From: Chrysemys picta bellii
Lineage: Eukaryota
DNA length: 64,000 nt
Assembly: GCF_011386835.1 (NCBI RefSeq)
Contig: NC_088796.1
Coordinates: 82,832,001-82,896,000, forward strand
Direction of reading: 5' to 3'
Part shown: positions 1-13,365 of the stretch, piece after piece
Layout: each line of letters starts with the position of its first letter
How positions within the stretch are numbered: position 1 is the first letter of the stretch
Translations under genes and position numbers: made by a program
Notes under the pieces: generated by a model
What the model was told of the DNA's origin: nothing
Seen by the model: the letters and a program-made list of their open reading frames with translations, nothing else
Database searches by the model: none

Positions 1-1789
1 TTTAAAAAATAATTTTGGAATCCTGGCTCTATTTCTGCTTATTTTAAGGGTTATACGCAATGGCTAGAGTGTCTCTGCCCTGAATTACACTGCAATTAGA
101 CTCTCTCAACAAATCCAGTCACTTGTTGCCAGTAAGATTTTTCCTTGATGTTAAGACTTCTTAAAATAATTTATCATCGGTGTATGTGGGTCACATCATT
201 TCAGCATTCTAATAATTTTACTGTCTCCTCACTTTAAAAGGCCAGGGACCTTCCATAGTTGCATTAGGTACATGTGGATTCCCAAACCTCAGACATACGT
301 GAATTTTCATAAAGCCAGAGTTACACTGGCTGAGCTTTCTGTGCCTTCTCTTGCTATATGGCTTCTTGTTCCACAGCAGATTTACTTAGACTGACTTTAA
401 TCTTAATCATTTTATTTGAAAACAAATGTTAAAAGGCTCCTAGTGAAACAGCTGAAAAAGAAGGGCATGGTCTTATTCTTTCCAATAATATTCCCAGTTT
501 TTCTTTCCAATTAAGGATAAAAGACAGGTTGGCTTTGGACCTGGATTATTGCCTCATAAAATGGGGTGTTGCCCCCATCAACATTTAAATGATGCATTTA
601 AATCCTAATAGGTTAATCCCATGAATGAAAAATATTGTTTCTAAATTAATAGAGGGAAGATCTTGATTTTACTATTAGAACATGTTGTGCAGCCTATTTC
701 TGCAGGGGAAAACGTTTCTGGAAAACCTACCATCAGCCAAGCCTCCTATCCTTCTAGCTCTTATACTATTTTAATGTAACAGTTGGTGGATATCAGTAAG
801 CATATTATTGACTGTTTATAATAAGATAAGATACACTATACTTAATGGGCAAATTTTGGGCTCAGTTACACTGGTGTAGATCCAGGATAATTCAACTGGA
901 GTAATCTACACACGTATAACTGGGAATAGAATTTGCCCCGTTTCTATCAATCTGTTTATATTTTTGTTTTGTGTTTTCACATACAATCAGAATTATTCCC
1001 CTGCTATGTGCTGTTGTCAAAGCATTGTTGCCCACCAATTATGAGTGACTTCTCTTGGAGCTAATAATACAACCATTTCATGGTTTGGATGAGCTGGACA
1101 ATCTGACAGAAAATGAATATCGACCACAGATATCTCACATGTGTCAAAATTGCATGGAATGGAAAAACTTGGGTTGACTATGAGTTCAACAGGATTATCA
1201 GTTTGTCGGACTCTGTTTAGTGTTTTTCACTTTCTTTAGGAAGGGAGAGGTTTGAGAACCACCTCTGTCCCGCTTGTCGATACACCTCTGGTAGAAAATG
1301 GGTTTTAATTAGCCTCCATGTGCTATAGCCAAGATCCAAGTCTGCTCAGGGCCATGTATTCACTAAGCAACCCATGGCATCTCTACCTTTGAAGCAAGGG
1401 TTGCATTTCATTTGTTCTTCAGCTTTAGCCTGATTCTGCTGTTAGTTGCACACTGTGTAATGAGATTTTTTCATGTGACTTATGTAACTGACATACTTTA
1501 AATATCTATCCTGAGATTATGCTTTACAGGTAATAAACCTGAGGCATTATCAGAGAAAAAGGTAACAACTTATGCAATTAAATTGCATTAAAGCATTAGG
1601 TCCTAAGAACGTTCATTCACATGTTCTGAGGGTACTAATTATCAATAGTTAAACGACCAACAAAAATGTTTAGATTACCATTACATGTATTCTGCTGGAG
1701 AACTAGATGATGACCAATTATCAAGGTTGATAAATAGTTTGGTAGAGAGAGGGAGAGAGACAACTGGGGAGGTAACATGGCCTAGAGGA

Positions 1790-1990
1790 GAGGGCACTGG
1801 GCTGGACTGGAAGCCAGGAGACCTGAGTTCTACTGCTGGCTCTGTCATCAATGAGCTGCTATGTGACGCTGGGCAAATGACTTCCCATTTCATGTTTTTG
1901 ACTATTAGCTATGGGCAGAGACTATCTCAGAGTGTGTTTCCATAGTGCACAATAAGGCCTTGATCTGAGTTGGAGCCTTTAAGCACTACT
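1790..1990 (+). mobile_element. MIR-like SINE
   Basis: Contains gcactgggctggactggaagccaggagacctgagttctactgctggctctgtc..tgtgacgctgggcaaatgacttccc. It explains the ORFs called at 1681-1945. Confidence 0.55.
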
Positions 1991-3469
1991 ATAATATCAA
2001 TATTGTTATAAACTCTAGTTATACAGCACCTATAGTAGATGAGCAAAGTATGATATAAACCAAGCCTGCATGACTTTTCCCAATGCCTCTCTAACCTGTT
2101 GGAATTATTTGGAAGAATAAATAAAATAATGGATAATAATGAATATTTATCATAGTTCTGTTATCTCTGACTCTTGTGGAAGAAGTAGGTCTTTAGATGG
2201 AATTTAAATGATGAGAGAGGGTACGGTCTGCTGCCCTGGGTTTTTGGAGGTCATTCCATAGACTGGGTTGGGGGGTGGCTTCATAGGAGAAGACATGAAT
2301 ATAGGGGGAAGAAAGAAGGAAATGAAAGGGACCGTTATGCTGGTATTGTTGAGTGTGGGAAAGGGGTGAAGTGGACCGTGATAACAGCACTGGTTATAGT
2401 TCATACAGCTATAGGTGCATACATGACATATCAGAAAAAGTACATGGTCCACCTACTACAGTATCCTGTTTCACACAATAGTCTATCATCAGATCTTTCA
2501 GAGGAAGGTGACTACCCCTATCCTGGGAGCAGCGTATGCCATGAAGCATAGGAACAGATTGATCTTGCAATGCTTGCCTTTGCTAGTGTAATTATAGATG
2601 CTAGACTTTTTTTACTTTCCCCATAAATACCCACATTTTAAAAATTAGAGGCTGAAGATGAGAGGTAGTCAACTTTCTCTGCCACATCTGACGATAGACC
2701 ATTGTGTGAAACAGGATACCAGATAAGGTGGACCCATATATCTGTTCTGATATGGCATAAATCTGTTGCATGTAGATTATGCTATTTTGAAAAGTGTCAC
2801 ACACACACACCACCTATAAAGGGGATGGGAGTGGAGTCAGTGTAGAATTAACCACATTGAACAACGTACTCATTTGCAGTGAAGTCTTTCATGTATTCTC
2901 TTCTTTCCAAAAATGAGAAGAGCTAAAACAGGCCACATCAGTTAAATTTGCTGTAATGTACTCCTGCATCTCTGAGTCTATGCCACTATCCTACACATAC
3001 CACATCACATGAAACCACTAACCCTAACCATGAGACTGACACATTCATGTCCTTACAACATATTCATTACACTCTGTTAACAAATGAATATGATGTTACA
3101 ATAGCTTTGACATTATGCAACACCTGTTCAATAGAATGGAAACAAAGGACTCTGTGATTAAAGATATTATCTTCATGACAAAGCACAGCACAACTGTTTG
3201 GCTAGAGCTCTGAGGCAAATGGTATATTTGCATATGAAAAGGAATTTGTGTACATTTGATAAATGATGGAATAACTCCTATCTATGGCAAGGGAGATGGG
3301 GTGTCAGATACTTCACATATTCTGCTATTACCATTGCAAAGAGGTGTGAAAGGCATCACAGTGGTAGCTGTGTATGTTCTGTTCTTTGACCACTATGGCC
3401 AAGCATAACTGATCATTGTAATGTTGCCAACAGTCCTATACAAGAATCAGTTTGAATCCAGAAATCTGA

Positions 3470-3690
3470 GTTGAAAAAGGTCTGTTAGGATACATCTCTT
3501 TAGGCCAGCCCCTGGGAGCCCATGCCAGATCAGTGTTTTGTCCAGTCTAGTTTCAAGGTTGTCAAGCAAGGGGGCTTTTAGCATTTCACTTGGAGGTTTG
3601 GTCCAAAATCTAATAACTTCCTGACAGTGAGATTTTTCTCCCTCATATTCAGCCAACATTTTCTCTATATTATGGGTTTGGTTCAAATTG
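3470..3690 (-). mobile_element. Ancient CR1 3' fragment
   Basis: The ORF segment EVIRFWTKPPSEMLKAPLLDNLETRLDKTL is a degenerate version of [28 protein letters not shown]. Confidence 0.55.
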
Positions 3691-5594
3691 GGCAATGCCA
3701 ACCCAACCCTTTCCTTTCTGTCAGCTCTGCAAGGGTGTTGAAGCAGATGGTGGGGGGAAGTTAGGGGGTGTGGGCTCCATACACTTGCACACTTTTCAAA
3801 GGAGGAATTGTAGGCAGGAGAGGTGAAAGAAAGGAGGAAATGGTACTTTCCTTCTTGAACCCCGAAAGGGGAGAACTTGTATTTCAGACTTTCCCTGCAG
3901 TTCCTGCTCCTGGCTGTTGTGGCGCTAGGCACCAGAACTAAGAGCAAGGAGACTGTCTTTTCTGTACTTTCAGTGCTCCCCTTGCTAGTGTCTCCTCATG
4001 TGGAGGAGAAGATGGAAGCAACCTGACCCAAAGTTTAAAAGGCTGAGAAACTGGAGGTGAGGGGAACAGATGTAGGGCAGGGTGGGGGGAAAGTGGGGGA
4101 CAGGGGCAAAAGAAGAGAAGGCAGAAGATGGGAGATGGAAACAAAGGGGACAAAAGGGCAGGAGATTGGGAGAGGCTGTGGATTATAGTAGAAGGAAAGG
4201 CTGGGGAAGACAAAGATACACTGATCTATAATCACTGAGCACTTTCCCCTAAAAAACCTGATATTGAACCCCTTATTCCCATGTCTTGACTGTACCTTGC
4301 TGTCTAGCAAAGTCTGTGACCATCCTTCTATAGTGGTAGATCCACACACAAGGTTATAGCCTTCTACTGCCAGTTACTCTGTTAGCTTGAGTGGTAGAGG
4401 ACTGGGCTATGGATTTAAAGGTCCCAACCCTGATGATGACCCATGCAGGGTGTCAATATGGTTCCACATGATAGAATTTTTTTTACATGTATATTTTTAA
4501 ACATAGGAATTTTCATAAAAATAAATATGTTCCAAGAACATGAATGTTGCAAAGGCAATCACTTAAAAGTTAGGAAATGCCAGAATTGAGGTTGCTTGTG
4601 TACCCTTAATTAGATTCCCTTGTGTGTATGCCTTATGATACAGTCTTTAATTACATTATCACATGTTAGTTTTCCCACAGGACCCCTGCCTTTTTCAGTG
4701 AACAAGAGGGGCCTACTCTGGGTGTGAATCAGGGTTGTGTAGTGAAGGAGAATGTTGTCCAACTTCTGCCTCATTTGTTGCAGAAGTTGGAAAGTGTGTT
4801 GTGAATGAGGCAGGGGATTCCAAGAAGAGAAAGGATGGTCTCATGGTTAAGGCAGCTGAATGCCACCCCAGAGAATTGGATTCTATCCCTGACACTGCCA
4901 CAGAGTTTCTGTGTGATGCTCATCAACCAAGTTACATCAACCGAAGTTTTTATATGTGACCAGTGTAACATTCCTCATTCCATGGGTATCCAATTTGAGA
5001 CCCTGGGGTCTGTCTGATTTGCAGAAGTGCTGAGCCCTCAGAGTGGCAAGTGAGTTCAATGGGAACTTGGCTCTGCACATATAAAGTGCTATAAAACACT
5101 AAGATCTCTGTAAAATCAGGACACAGGAATCTTAAATTAAGCACTCAAAATTAGTTTACATTTTTGAGAACTCTGGCCTTAATTGCTCTGTGCCTCAGTT
5201 CCCCGTGTGTTAAAAATGAGATACCTTGCTGGCGTGTTGTGAAAATAAATTCATTAATGTTTGTAAAGAACAAGATACTATGATGAAAGAACCATAGAAA
5301 AGCCAAATAATAATAATTAATAATAATTCTGCATTCAGTACAGGCTTTGAATGATGTACAGTAAATAAGGCCCGGGGACACATATTGAATGATGAGGGTA
5401 AAAATAAATATTTAATAGCTTCCCTCTCACTGAATGAGGCAGGAGATCCTACCAAAAAAAATCGTGTGTGATCATGTAGCCTTAAAAACAGTGTCATAAT
5501 ACGTATGCACAAGGGGGGTGGATTAAAGTTGCACAGGCAACCTTAGTTCTGGCATGTCCTAACCCTTGAGCGCTTGACTTCTGTAACTTTTCAC

Positions 5595-5617
5595 TTTTTT
5601 TTTTTTTTTTTTTTTTT
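5595..5617. repeat. Poly(T) tract (23 nt)
   Basis: Read directly from the sequence. Confidence 0.95.
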
Positions 5618-6291
5618 AGTTTATATTACTGTAGCTCTTTTCTCAAAGACCAGCAAATAATGTTGATTCCACAAAGCACAGTGCCATAAACCAAATGGTC
5701 TCCTAGACACCTTTGTTCTTTCATTACTTGATTTTTATAATCGGATGGTATTCTGTAATACAAATTGCCTAAGTAATGGGGTCATATAAACTCACAATCA
5801 TAACCAGGAAATGGTGATTATCTGGTTCAGATTTTTAAACTGACATGGAGAGAAGCACACAATCTAATGAAATATTTGTCAAATGGTCTTGCAATGGCAT
5901 TTGTTCTCTCTTAGAAGAGCAGGACATTCCCTGCCAAACCCTCAAAGAGAGAAATGAGACAGACTGTTCTTCAGAGAAGACATGAGCATGACAGTCCAAT
6001 TACTCTCATGTAGAAAAGGAAGTCTAAGTGAAGCAGATCCTCCTGTCTTAGTAGGTCAAGTAATCATGGCTTTCTTTTCTTACTGATAAGTGACTCATTT
6101 CAGTTTTCATGATCATTTCATCCCTGATGTCTCTGCTAAGACACTAATGATGGTGCCAATTGCAGGTTGAGGTTATAGTGAGGTCTTGGTACTAGATTGA
6201 AATCACTAACTCATGTAGGACACTATGTTATCACGTTAACAATTTTCAGCCACTAACAATTTAGGCTCCTCTTTGAACCTGTGCTCTAGAA

Positions 6292-6518
6292 CAGAGGTTC
6301 TCAAACTGGGGGTCGTGACCTCTCAGGGGGTCGCGAAGTTATTACCTGGGGGGTCACAAGCTGTCAGCCTCCACCCCAAACCCCACTTCACCTCCAGCTT
6401 TTATAATAGTGTTAAATATTTTAAAAAAGTGTTTTAAATTTATAGGGTGGGGGGGGGGTCACACTCAGAGGCTTGTTGTGTGAAAGGTGTCACTAGTACA
6501 AAAGTTTGAGAATCACTG
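6292..6518. mobile_element. hAT-Charlie-type MITE
   Basis: TIRs CAGAGGTTCTCAAACT / AGTTTGAGAATCACTG, with a degenerate 8-bp TSD ctctagaa/ctttagag of the NTCTAGAN type. Confidence 0.8.
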
Positions 6519-6646
6519 CTTTAGAGAATGGCTAGCACTAGATCCTTTAACCAGTCCCTACTAGCCATTCAGATTTCCTCCTCCTTTTTTCTAATGGAGC
6601 AGAAGTCAGCATGAATCCATCTTGTCTGAGAATCACCATCACTGAT

Positions 6647-6740
6647 AAAAAGAAGAACAGGAGTACTTGTGGCACCTTAGAGACTAACAAATTTATTAGA
6701 GCATAAGCTTTCGTGGACTACAGCCCACTTCTTCGGATGC
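6647..6740 (-). mobile_element. Penelope-like element pLTR fragment (copy A)
   Basis: 94 bp identical to 28249-28342 (aaaaagaagaacaggagtacttgtggcaccttagagactaac...cttcttcggatgc). It matches a turtle high-copy repeat I recall as Penelope-derived and contains a hammerhead motif. No RT ORF is present in the window. Confidence 0.7.
6701..6740 (-). ncRNA. Minimal type I hammerhead ribozyme motif with U4C core variant (copy A)
   Basis: The minus strand reads GCAU CCGAAGA A GUGGGC-UGUA-GUCCAC GAAA GCUU AUGC. This gives helix I GCAU/AUGC, a 6-bp helix II and a palindromic AGCU helix III. Confidence 0.7.
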
Positions 6741-9700
6741 AGTTTTCACAATAAGATTTCATTAGCTAACTTCTGAAGGGATCAGAAAAGAGGAGCATAA
6801 AACCACAAAAAAACTTCCTGTAGGTCCTAGTAAATTAGTATTTGAAAAATTTCCTAATGATGAAGTGATAGATTTTTTTGTAATGGAACACAATATTAAG
6901 ACAATTAAAGATAGGTTCATTTTAAGACCATTATTTGCCAATGTACTCCTTTAAAATAAGTAAACATGTTTGCAAAATTTACTCCAAATAGAAGAAAAAT
7001 ATCCTCTGTTAGACTTTGCTGTTAGGAATTTAAAGCTTTCTAAATATTGCAGTGTGGGTTTAAAATGTCTAGCAAAACTGCAAATACAGAGTGCTGTAAA
7101 TCTGTGGCATGGCAGACACAATCAGAAGAGTAAATAGAAATGATTAAACATTTAATCAGAAGCTTTATACTTTGTTGTGTTCTCATTGTAGCTGCAGGAA
7201 AAGATGCTGTAACAGATCTTTAAATAGAAAACCTGAGGCTAAATTCCACTTCATCCATCAAAAGCAGCTGCTAGGAGATGACCTAATTTTAGCGGCTTAT
7301 CAATTCCTTAGTGCTTGTTGGTTGATGTAACTTTGATCCTCTGATGCTAGATGACTTTTGTGCTGAATATAGCTAGAATTTAATGTGAATCTTTTGGATG
7401 ACTGCCCAGGCGAGCTGCATAATCCAAACAAAGAGAGAGAGCAGTACATGATTCAAGCTACTCACGTGTACAAAAACACAAATATATTTATCCTGATTCC
7501 TTCTGGCAATCAGTTTCATGTCACCAAGCACATATTTCAAATATAGTGTCCTTTGCTCCTCCTCCGCACCGAAACAATGCTTTGCTTTTCATGGAAAACA
7601 CAAGATGCATCAAGACTCAGATGTTGCCAAGAAATAATGATAGAGTCAATAATTGCAGGACGTTTTTAATGAATGTTTTCCAAGCAAATCATTGCCATTT
7701 CAAAGAGCTGTTATTTCTATTTATGTAGAAATTAGTCTATATGTTATCAAGGAGAGGGAATGGCTTTGTATTTTTCCTCTAATTTCTTATACCACAAAAT
7801 TCTTTTTGCCTCTTTTCATGTGGATTGTAACTTGTTTTTTCTTTTCTCTCTCCCTCTCTCTCTCTTGGCTCTTCAATAAAACCATCTGTGACACACATGC
7901 AAGTTACTGGGTGTGCAAGTGGTGCTTCACACATGTTTACTTGCCCTAGTTGGCATTATTTGCTATTAATTAAAGATGATGGAGTTGTTTGTATGCCCTA
8001 TTTTTTTAACTTTATGAGTAAATTACATAAAGGTAGAAATAAGGGAGGGGTCACGTACAGGTGAGTGTGTTTAGTGTTTGGACCCAGGGACTGGGAGAAT
8101 TTCTGGATTGCCTTCCTTGCACTGACAGTGACTCACTATATGAGCTTGGGCAAGTCACTTAGGGCTTGTTTTTCATACTCCAGTTGAAGTAAATGAGCTG
8201 CCTGTGATCAGTCCCTTTGCAAACTAGGCCATTAACCTTTCTATCTTTTAATTTATATATGGTAAAATAGATAAATAATCCCAGACTTTTCACATAGAAA
8301 CTGGGCAATAGCACATATATGTAAGTTAAACATGGACATCCCCAATTGTAATGCACAACTGCCCATTATGTACAGCTGTGGATTTCTGCATTTGCACTTG
8401 AGCTCTCTTTTGAAAACAGGCCCTACTTGACAAAATCTCCAGGAACTAACTAGTCAGTCAGGCAACAGCTGAAATTGATAATTATCTTCATGTCTTATTT
8501 TTTAAAGTTTGCATTTACATTAAAAATACTATTAAACTGTAATATTCATTTTAGTTTACTTTATGATTGACTTAACCACATTATTAACTGGCAGGTGCTT
8601 GGGCTTTAAATATTAACAACCCAGATAATTGTAGATTGCAAGATGGCCTCTTCCAGACATCAGTTTTATGCTGGCTGCCACATCATTATTTTGTTTGCAT
8701 TACTGTAGCATATAGAAGCCCCAGTTGAGACAGGGAGCCCATTATGCTAAACACTCTGCATACACAGAGAGACCGTCCCTGTCCCTCACAGGCTACCAAA
8801 TGGTGAGATATAGGAGGTATTATCAACATGGAGCTGAGGTGCAGAGCAATGATATGTCTTGCCCAAAGTTATGCAGAATGATTGTGGCAAAACAAGGAAC
8901 TAAATCCATGCCTTCCAGTGCCTAAATGCAGAGCCATCCTTCCTCTCATGTGCACATTTCCCTGATAAATCAAATCAGTTACTTAAATTGCAGGTGGTAA
9001 TTATGGCTTTGAATAGCAACCATGTTTTCTCTCTGGGTTTCTTCAGGGAAAACTGGGTCCCTCTCAGGACATCTAGGCCCCATTGTGCTCCTGCTGGAGT
9101 CAACAGATTTGGGGCATTGACTTCAGTGGGAGCAGGACTGAGTCCTTTAAAAGCACCAGAGAACAAATGTGATTGTCATGTGACAGGCAGTTGTTATCAT
9201 TATAAACAGAGAGGTGTAGTTTCAGCATGGGATTGGGAGCTAGACATTCCTGAATTTTAATCCCAGTTTTGACATTAACGTCTTCTGCAGCTTTGGCCAT
9301 GTTACTTATTCTCTCTGCCACAGTATGTGTGAGGATTAATTAAAGTATCTGAAGATAAAGGTATGAATGCTAAGTAAGTATTATTATTATTCATCATTGG
9401 GAGAAGCTTCTTGCTTCTGACCTGTCCTTGGTCAAAGGAAATAACTCTGCTCGAGTCAGCTAACATGTCCTGTTGTTGGGTTTTCTTTTTGCGGGGTAAG
9501 TGGCTTGGTCATTCATGAAGTTTATTGTGAACCCTATTATGATGGTAGAGAAGTGCTGCTTTGTTTTGATGCTTTAAAGGATTATTTCAATCCCTCTGGT
9601 TAATTAGTTGAAGATTCAAACTGCCAAAAATTATTATGGTCTGGATAGCATTAGTTAGGTGTGGTTGACAGGAGGGGAAAATGTGCATGGTGACCATGGT

Positions 9701-12671
9701 CTGCTGTACAGTATGCTGCTAAGCAACCTCACTAACTGGCTCAGTTGCCCCATTTACACGAGAAGCCAGAAGAAGTGATGATGGACTGGGAACCTAGAAG
9801 CATCTCATTAACCTGGATGTGGCAGCTCTAACTGTTTCACTTATACTTAATCCACACACTGTGTATTCTTGGATGTGGGTTAACCTAGATGCTGCATATA
9901 CTTGTATGTCTGTCAATCCATGTGCTGTATATATCTCTGTCTGTAAATGAATCTGTAATTCTATAAAGTATCATAACTAACTGATGGCACATTTGGTTTT
10001 AAACCAAATAATGCACATCATGTTTACAAAAGCAGAAGTCATCAAATATACATAATGACCTTGAAGCACAGAAAATATTGGTGGCTTACTGGTTCTTCCA
10101 ATGTTTATGAAAATATTTGCTATATTTGTGTTACTGTCTTTATGTTTAGATTCAATAACAATAAGTAGATCAGACATGGATTCCTTGCTCTGGAGAAGCT
10201 ACCAGTGTTGCTAACTGATTTCAAAGGAGTGGTTAGCTCCTTTGAGTAATCAAATTCTGAAAGACTTACTTAATGGAAACAATACCCGCTGTAATATTTG
10301 CTACAGGTCACATGAAAAGATGTAGACCAAAATTACATATACTAAAAATAGACATCAAATATCATACTGCAGCCAGATTTTTATGCTTGTTTGCAGAATA
10401 TCCTTGAAGTGCAGATATGTATAAAGCTCATCTTTGTGAAGACTCTGGCACATATGCTCTGGGCCAAATTGTGGCCAAATCTATGTGTCTATGGAGTTAC
10501 TCTGGATTGCTGGTGGTATAACTGAAGGATGAATTTAGCCCCATATATGTCTAAGGTGTAGATACACAAACCACTCCCACAACCAGATCTTTGTTTGTGA
10601 AAAAGAAGCCTTAAGTAGTAGTTCTGCTGGTAGTGCATAGAGGCATGCAGACATTTTTGGCTCAAACATGTGTTTCTTTAGAAGGATGGATCTTGTGATG
10701 TGTGATGAAACTGTCAAATTCGGATCTCTGGCACACAACCACATTGCCACATGTCTCAAAAGATCCAGTATTTAACACAGGGATCTTTAGGAAACTTTTT
10801 GAGGGAAAAGTCTTGCTCGTTAGTCAAGAAAGATATTTTAATAGGCTCTGGTGGAAGCCTTATCTTGCCCTTCTGGCCTAAGACTGTAGCTGTAATGCTT
10901 GGACCACAACATCAGTGGGGGTGTTATCTCGTAAGACTTCAGAAGCAGGTTCTTGTCTTCTCACTGTAGCTTTCAGCAGCCTAATGCACACCACCACCCC
11001 CACAGCATATTTCACTTTTGTAAATGGGCTCAACCAAATGTCTTGATGCTGCTGGTCACAGGAGAGTGAAGCCTGTGTGAGTGGGAAGGCTGACACAGGA
11101 CAATCACACTGCAAAGACAAGGGTTTTTTTTCCTTGCTCTGTTCACACTTGTATAAATCAGAAGTATATCCACTGAAGTTAGTGGTGTTACACCAGAAAA
11201 TAAATAAATAAAATAAAATAAAAATGATGATGCCTGGAAAAAATGAAATCAATAGGATTTAGAAATTAAAATTCTGTGTGGTCACACAGTGTTATCTTTC
11301 TTCCTTACGCCATAGAACTTTTGTGTCTGGAGCATTTGCATTTGCAGTACATAGTTCTGCACATGTATGTGACAGATTCTGTTCCCCACTCCAGCCCCTC
11401 ATAAAAGAGCTGCAGGCGGTGAGAGGGGAGAATTTCCCCACCAAGGTCACCGTAAGTTGCCCTGCACTACCCCCCTCACAAGCCCTGGGATAGGACACAT
11501 GTCAAGGTGGTTCAGGGGTGGAAGCTGCTCTAAGAAATATAATGGAGCTGTTGGAGCCCTTAGAGCAGCTCAGAGGTGCAAGGTCCTCCTGGAGGCGTGC
11601 TACAGAATCGGACCTAATCTATTTTGATTAGAGATACATCTAAGCAGCAAAGTTCAATTCCAGATCTGGATTGTTAATATACCGAAGTTCCTGGGGGGTT
11701 TTAAGCCAAGGTCCTGATTCAGTCTAGTATCATGAATAGGGAAGATGCATTTGCAGATTTCAGGACTGGCTCTGGATCTGTTTTTTCACATCCCTCCCCA
11801 GAATTTAGGAGTGTTTAGATCTGGAGTTTTGATTTGAGTTTATTTTGAATTATGAAGTCTATATTTCAATGTCTACTGAAGTGTCATTCAGGGCAAAACT
11901 TTTGTTTCATTAGAAACTGTATCCCGAATAACTTGCACAGGGCCTGTTCATGCTTTTTGGATCTTCACATGAACCTCTCTTGCTCTGCACAGAAATGGGG
12001 ACAGCTGCCTTTGTGGCAGCTTTTCCTTTTCTCCTGGTCCCTCGTGGGTCCAGGGACCCATATGGATGGAGTGGAGGAGTAGAAGGACTAAAGATGGAAT
12101 GTGCAGACCAAGGAGGAGCATGTGCATTTTCCGTGTCTTCCCTCAACCTTCTGCCCCACACCCAGTGGAAATCAGGAAGGAAAGTAAATACAGCCAGTAG
12201 GTGTACTGACTTTCCCTTGAGCTCCTCTGCACATGGGACTTTCAGGGGCACCTATGACCTAGGAGTGCCTGGAAATGTGAGTCCAGCATGGAGCACAGTT
12301 CTGCCAAGGAGCCACAGAGCTTTCACAAGGATAGCCCTGTGTTTCCTTGTGGATGCCTGAGGTCTATAGCGTTTGTGGGGTGGACCACTACTTTCTTCCA
12401 CAGGATGTGGGAGAGAAAGTCCACTGTATCAAAGGAAGAATCAAGAAGAAACTCTGTGAAGAGCCTTGTGGTGTTTCCTGCCCCTATTTTTATATAGAGG
12501 TATGATCTAGCTCTGAGTTCTAATTCCTTTTTAACTCCCATTAACAAGCACCCATCAATTTAAATATCAGCTTGAGGAAAAGCTGAGTGAAAAATGGAGT
12601 CTCTAGGGTTATGTTTACATGTGTATAATAGGCATGGGAGATTTATGTGCCTAAACTCCTGTGATCATACA

Positions 12672-12990
12672 ACGAATGAGAAGATCAGAAGGGCGTACAG
12701 AGGTAACCGATATGGTGCAGGCAATGTACGACGCAAAGCGGAGATGGGCGGGTCATGTAGTCCACAGGCAAGACACAAGGTGGACAACCCATATCAATGA
12801 CTGGATCCCAGAGACCACAAGCGACCGCTAGGCAGCTCGAAAACACGCTGGGCCGATCCCATGACAAAACATTGAGGCCAGTAATGGAAAGAACATGCTC
12901 ATAACAAAACAGAATGGTGTGGTGTTGACTTGCATTCATGGAGGGATGGACGAGGACAAGCTGGGCAAAGACAAAGACAAACTCCTGTGA
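12672..12990 (+). mobile_element. RTE-clade LINE 3' fragment
   Basis: With two frameshifts it reads NEKIRR/RTEVTDMVQAMYDAKRRWAGHVVHRQDTRWTTHINDWIP/RDHKRPLGSSKTRWADPM. This matches the RTE ORF C-terminal pattern WAGHVxR..D.RWT...W.PR..KR..GRP..RW. Confidence 0.8.
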
Positions 12991-13179
12991 TTGGGTGTAC
13001 TGGATCATAGGGCTTCAGGAGGGATCCTTCTGGGCCAACAACACTTTGCCTATCCCATGTATCTACTGCTGGTGGAACAGGACCAGTAGGGATTAAACAA
13101 CAGGGTTTGCTTGGGTAGAGGCTCTTGCTCTGTCTTAGGTAAGTCTATGTCTTAGGTACTTCTAAAACCTCTGACTTTT

Positions 13180-13365
13180 TAATGTGGCTATCCTCACAAC
13201 ACCCCTGTGAGGTAGAGAAGCACTATTATCCTCATCTTGCAGATGGGGAACAGAGTCACTAAGTGACTTACCTAAGGTCACACAGAAATTCTGTAGTGGG
13301 CAGAGACTTGAATCCACATCTCCTGAGTCCTAGACCAATGCCTTAACCACTGTACCATCCTTCCT
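13180..13365 (-). mobile_element. MIR/CORE-SINE
   Basis: Contains ccctgtgaggtag..attatcctcatcttgcagatggggaacagag..taagtgacttacctaaggtcacacag..gacttgaatcc..taaccact, the typical MIR core in reverse. Confidence 0.7.

Noticed and set aside
11992-12183. Signal peptide plus beta-defensin-like CADQGGAC
   Set aside because: The remaining four cysteines of the defensin motif are absent.
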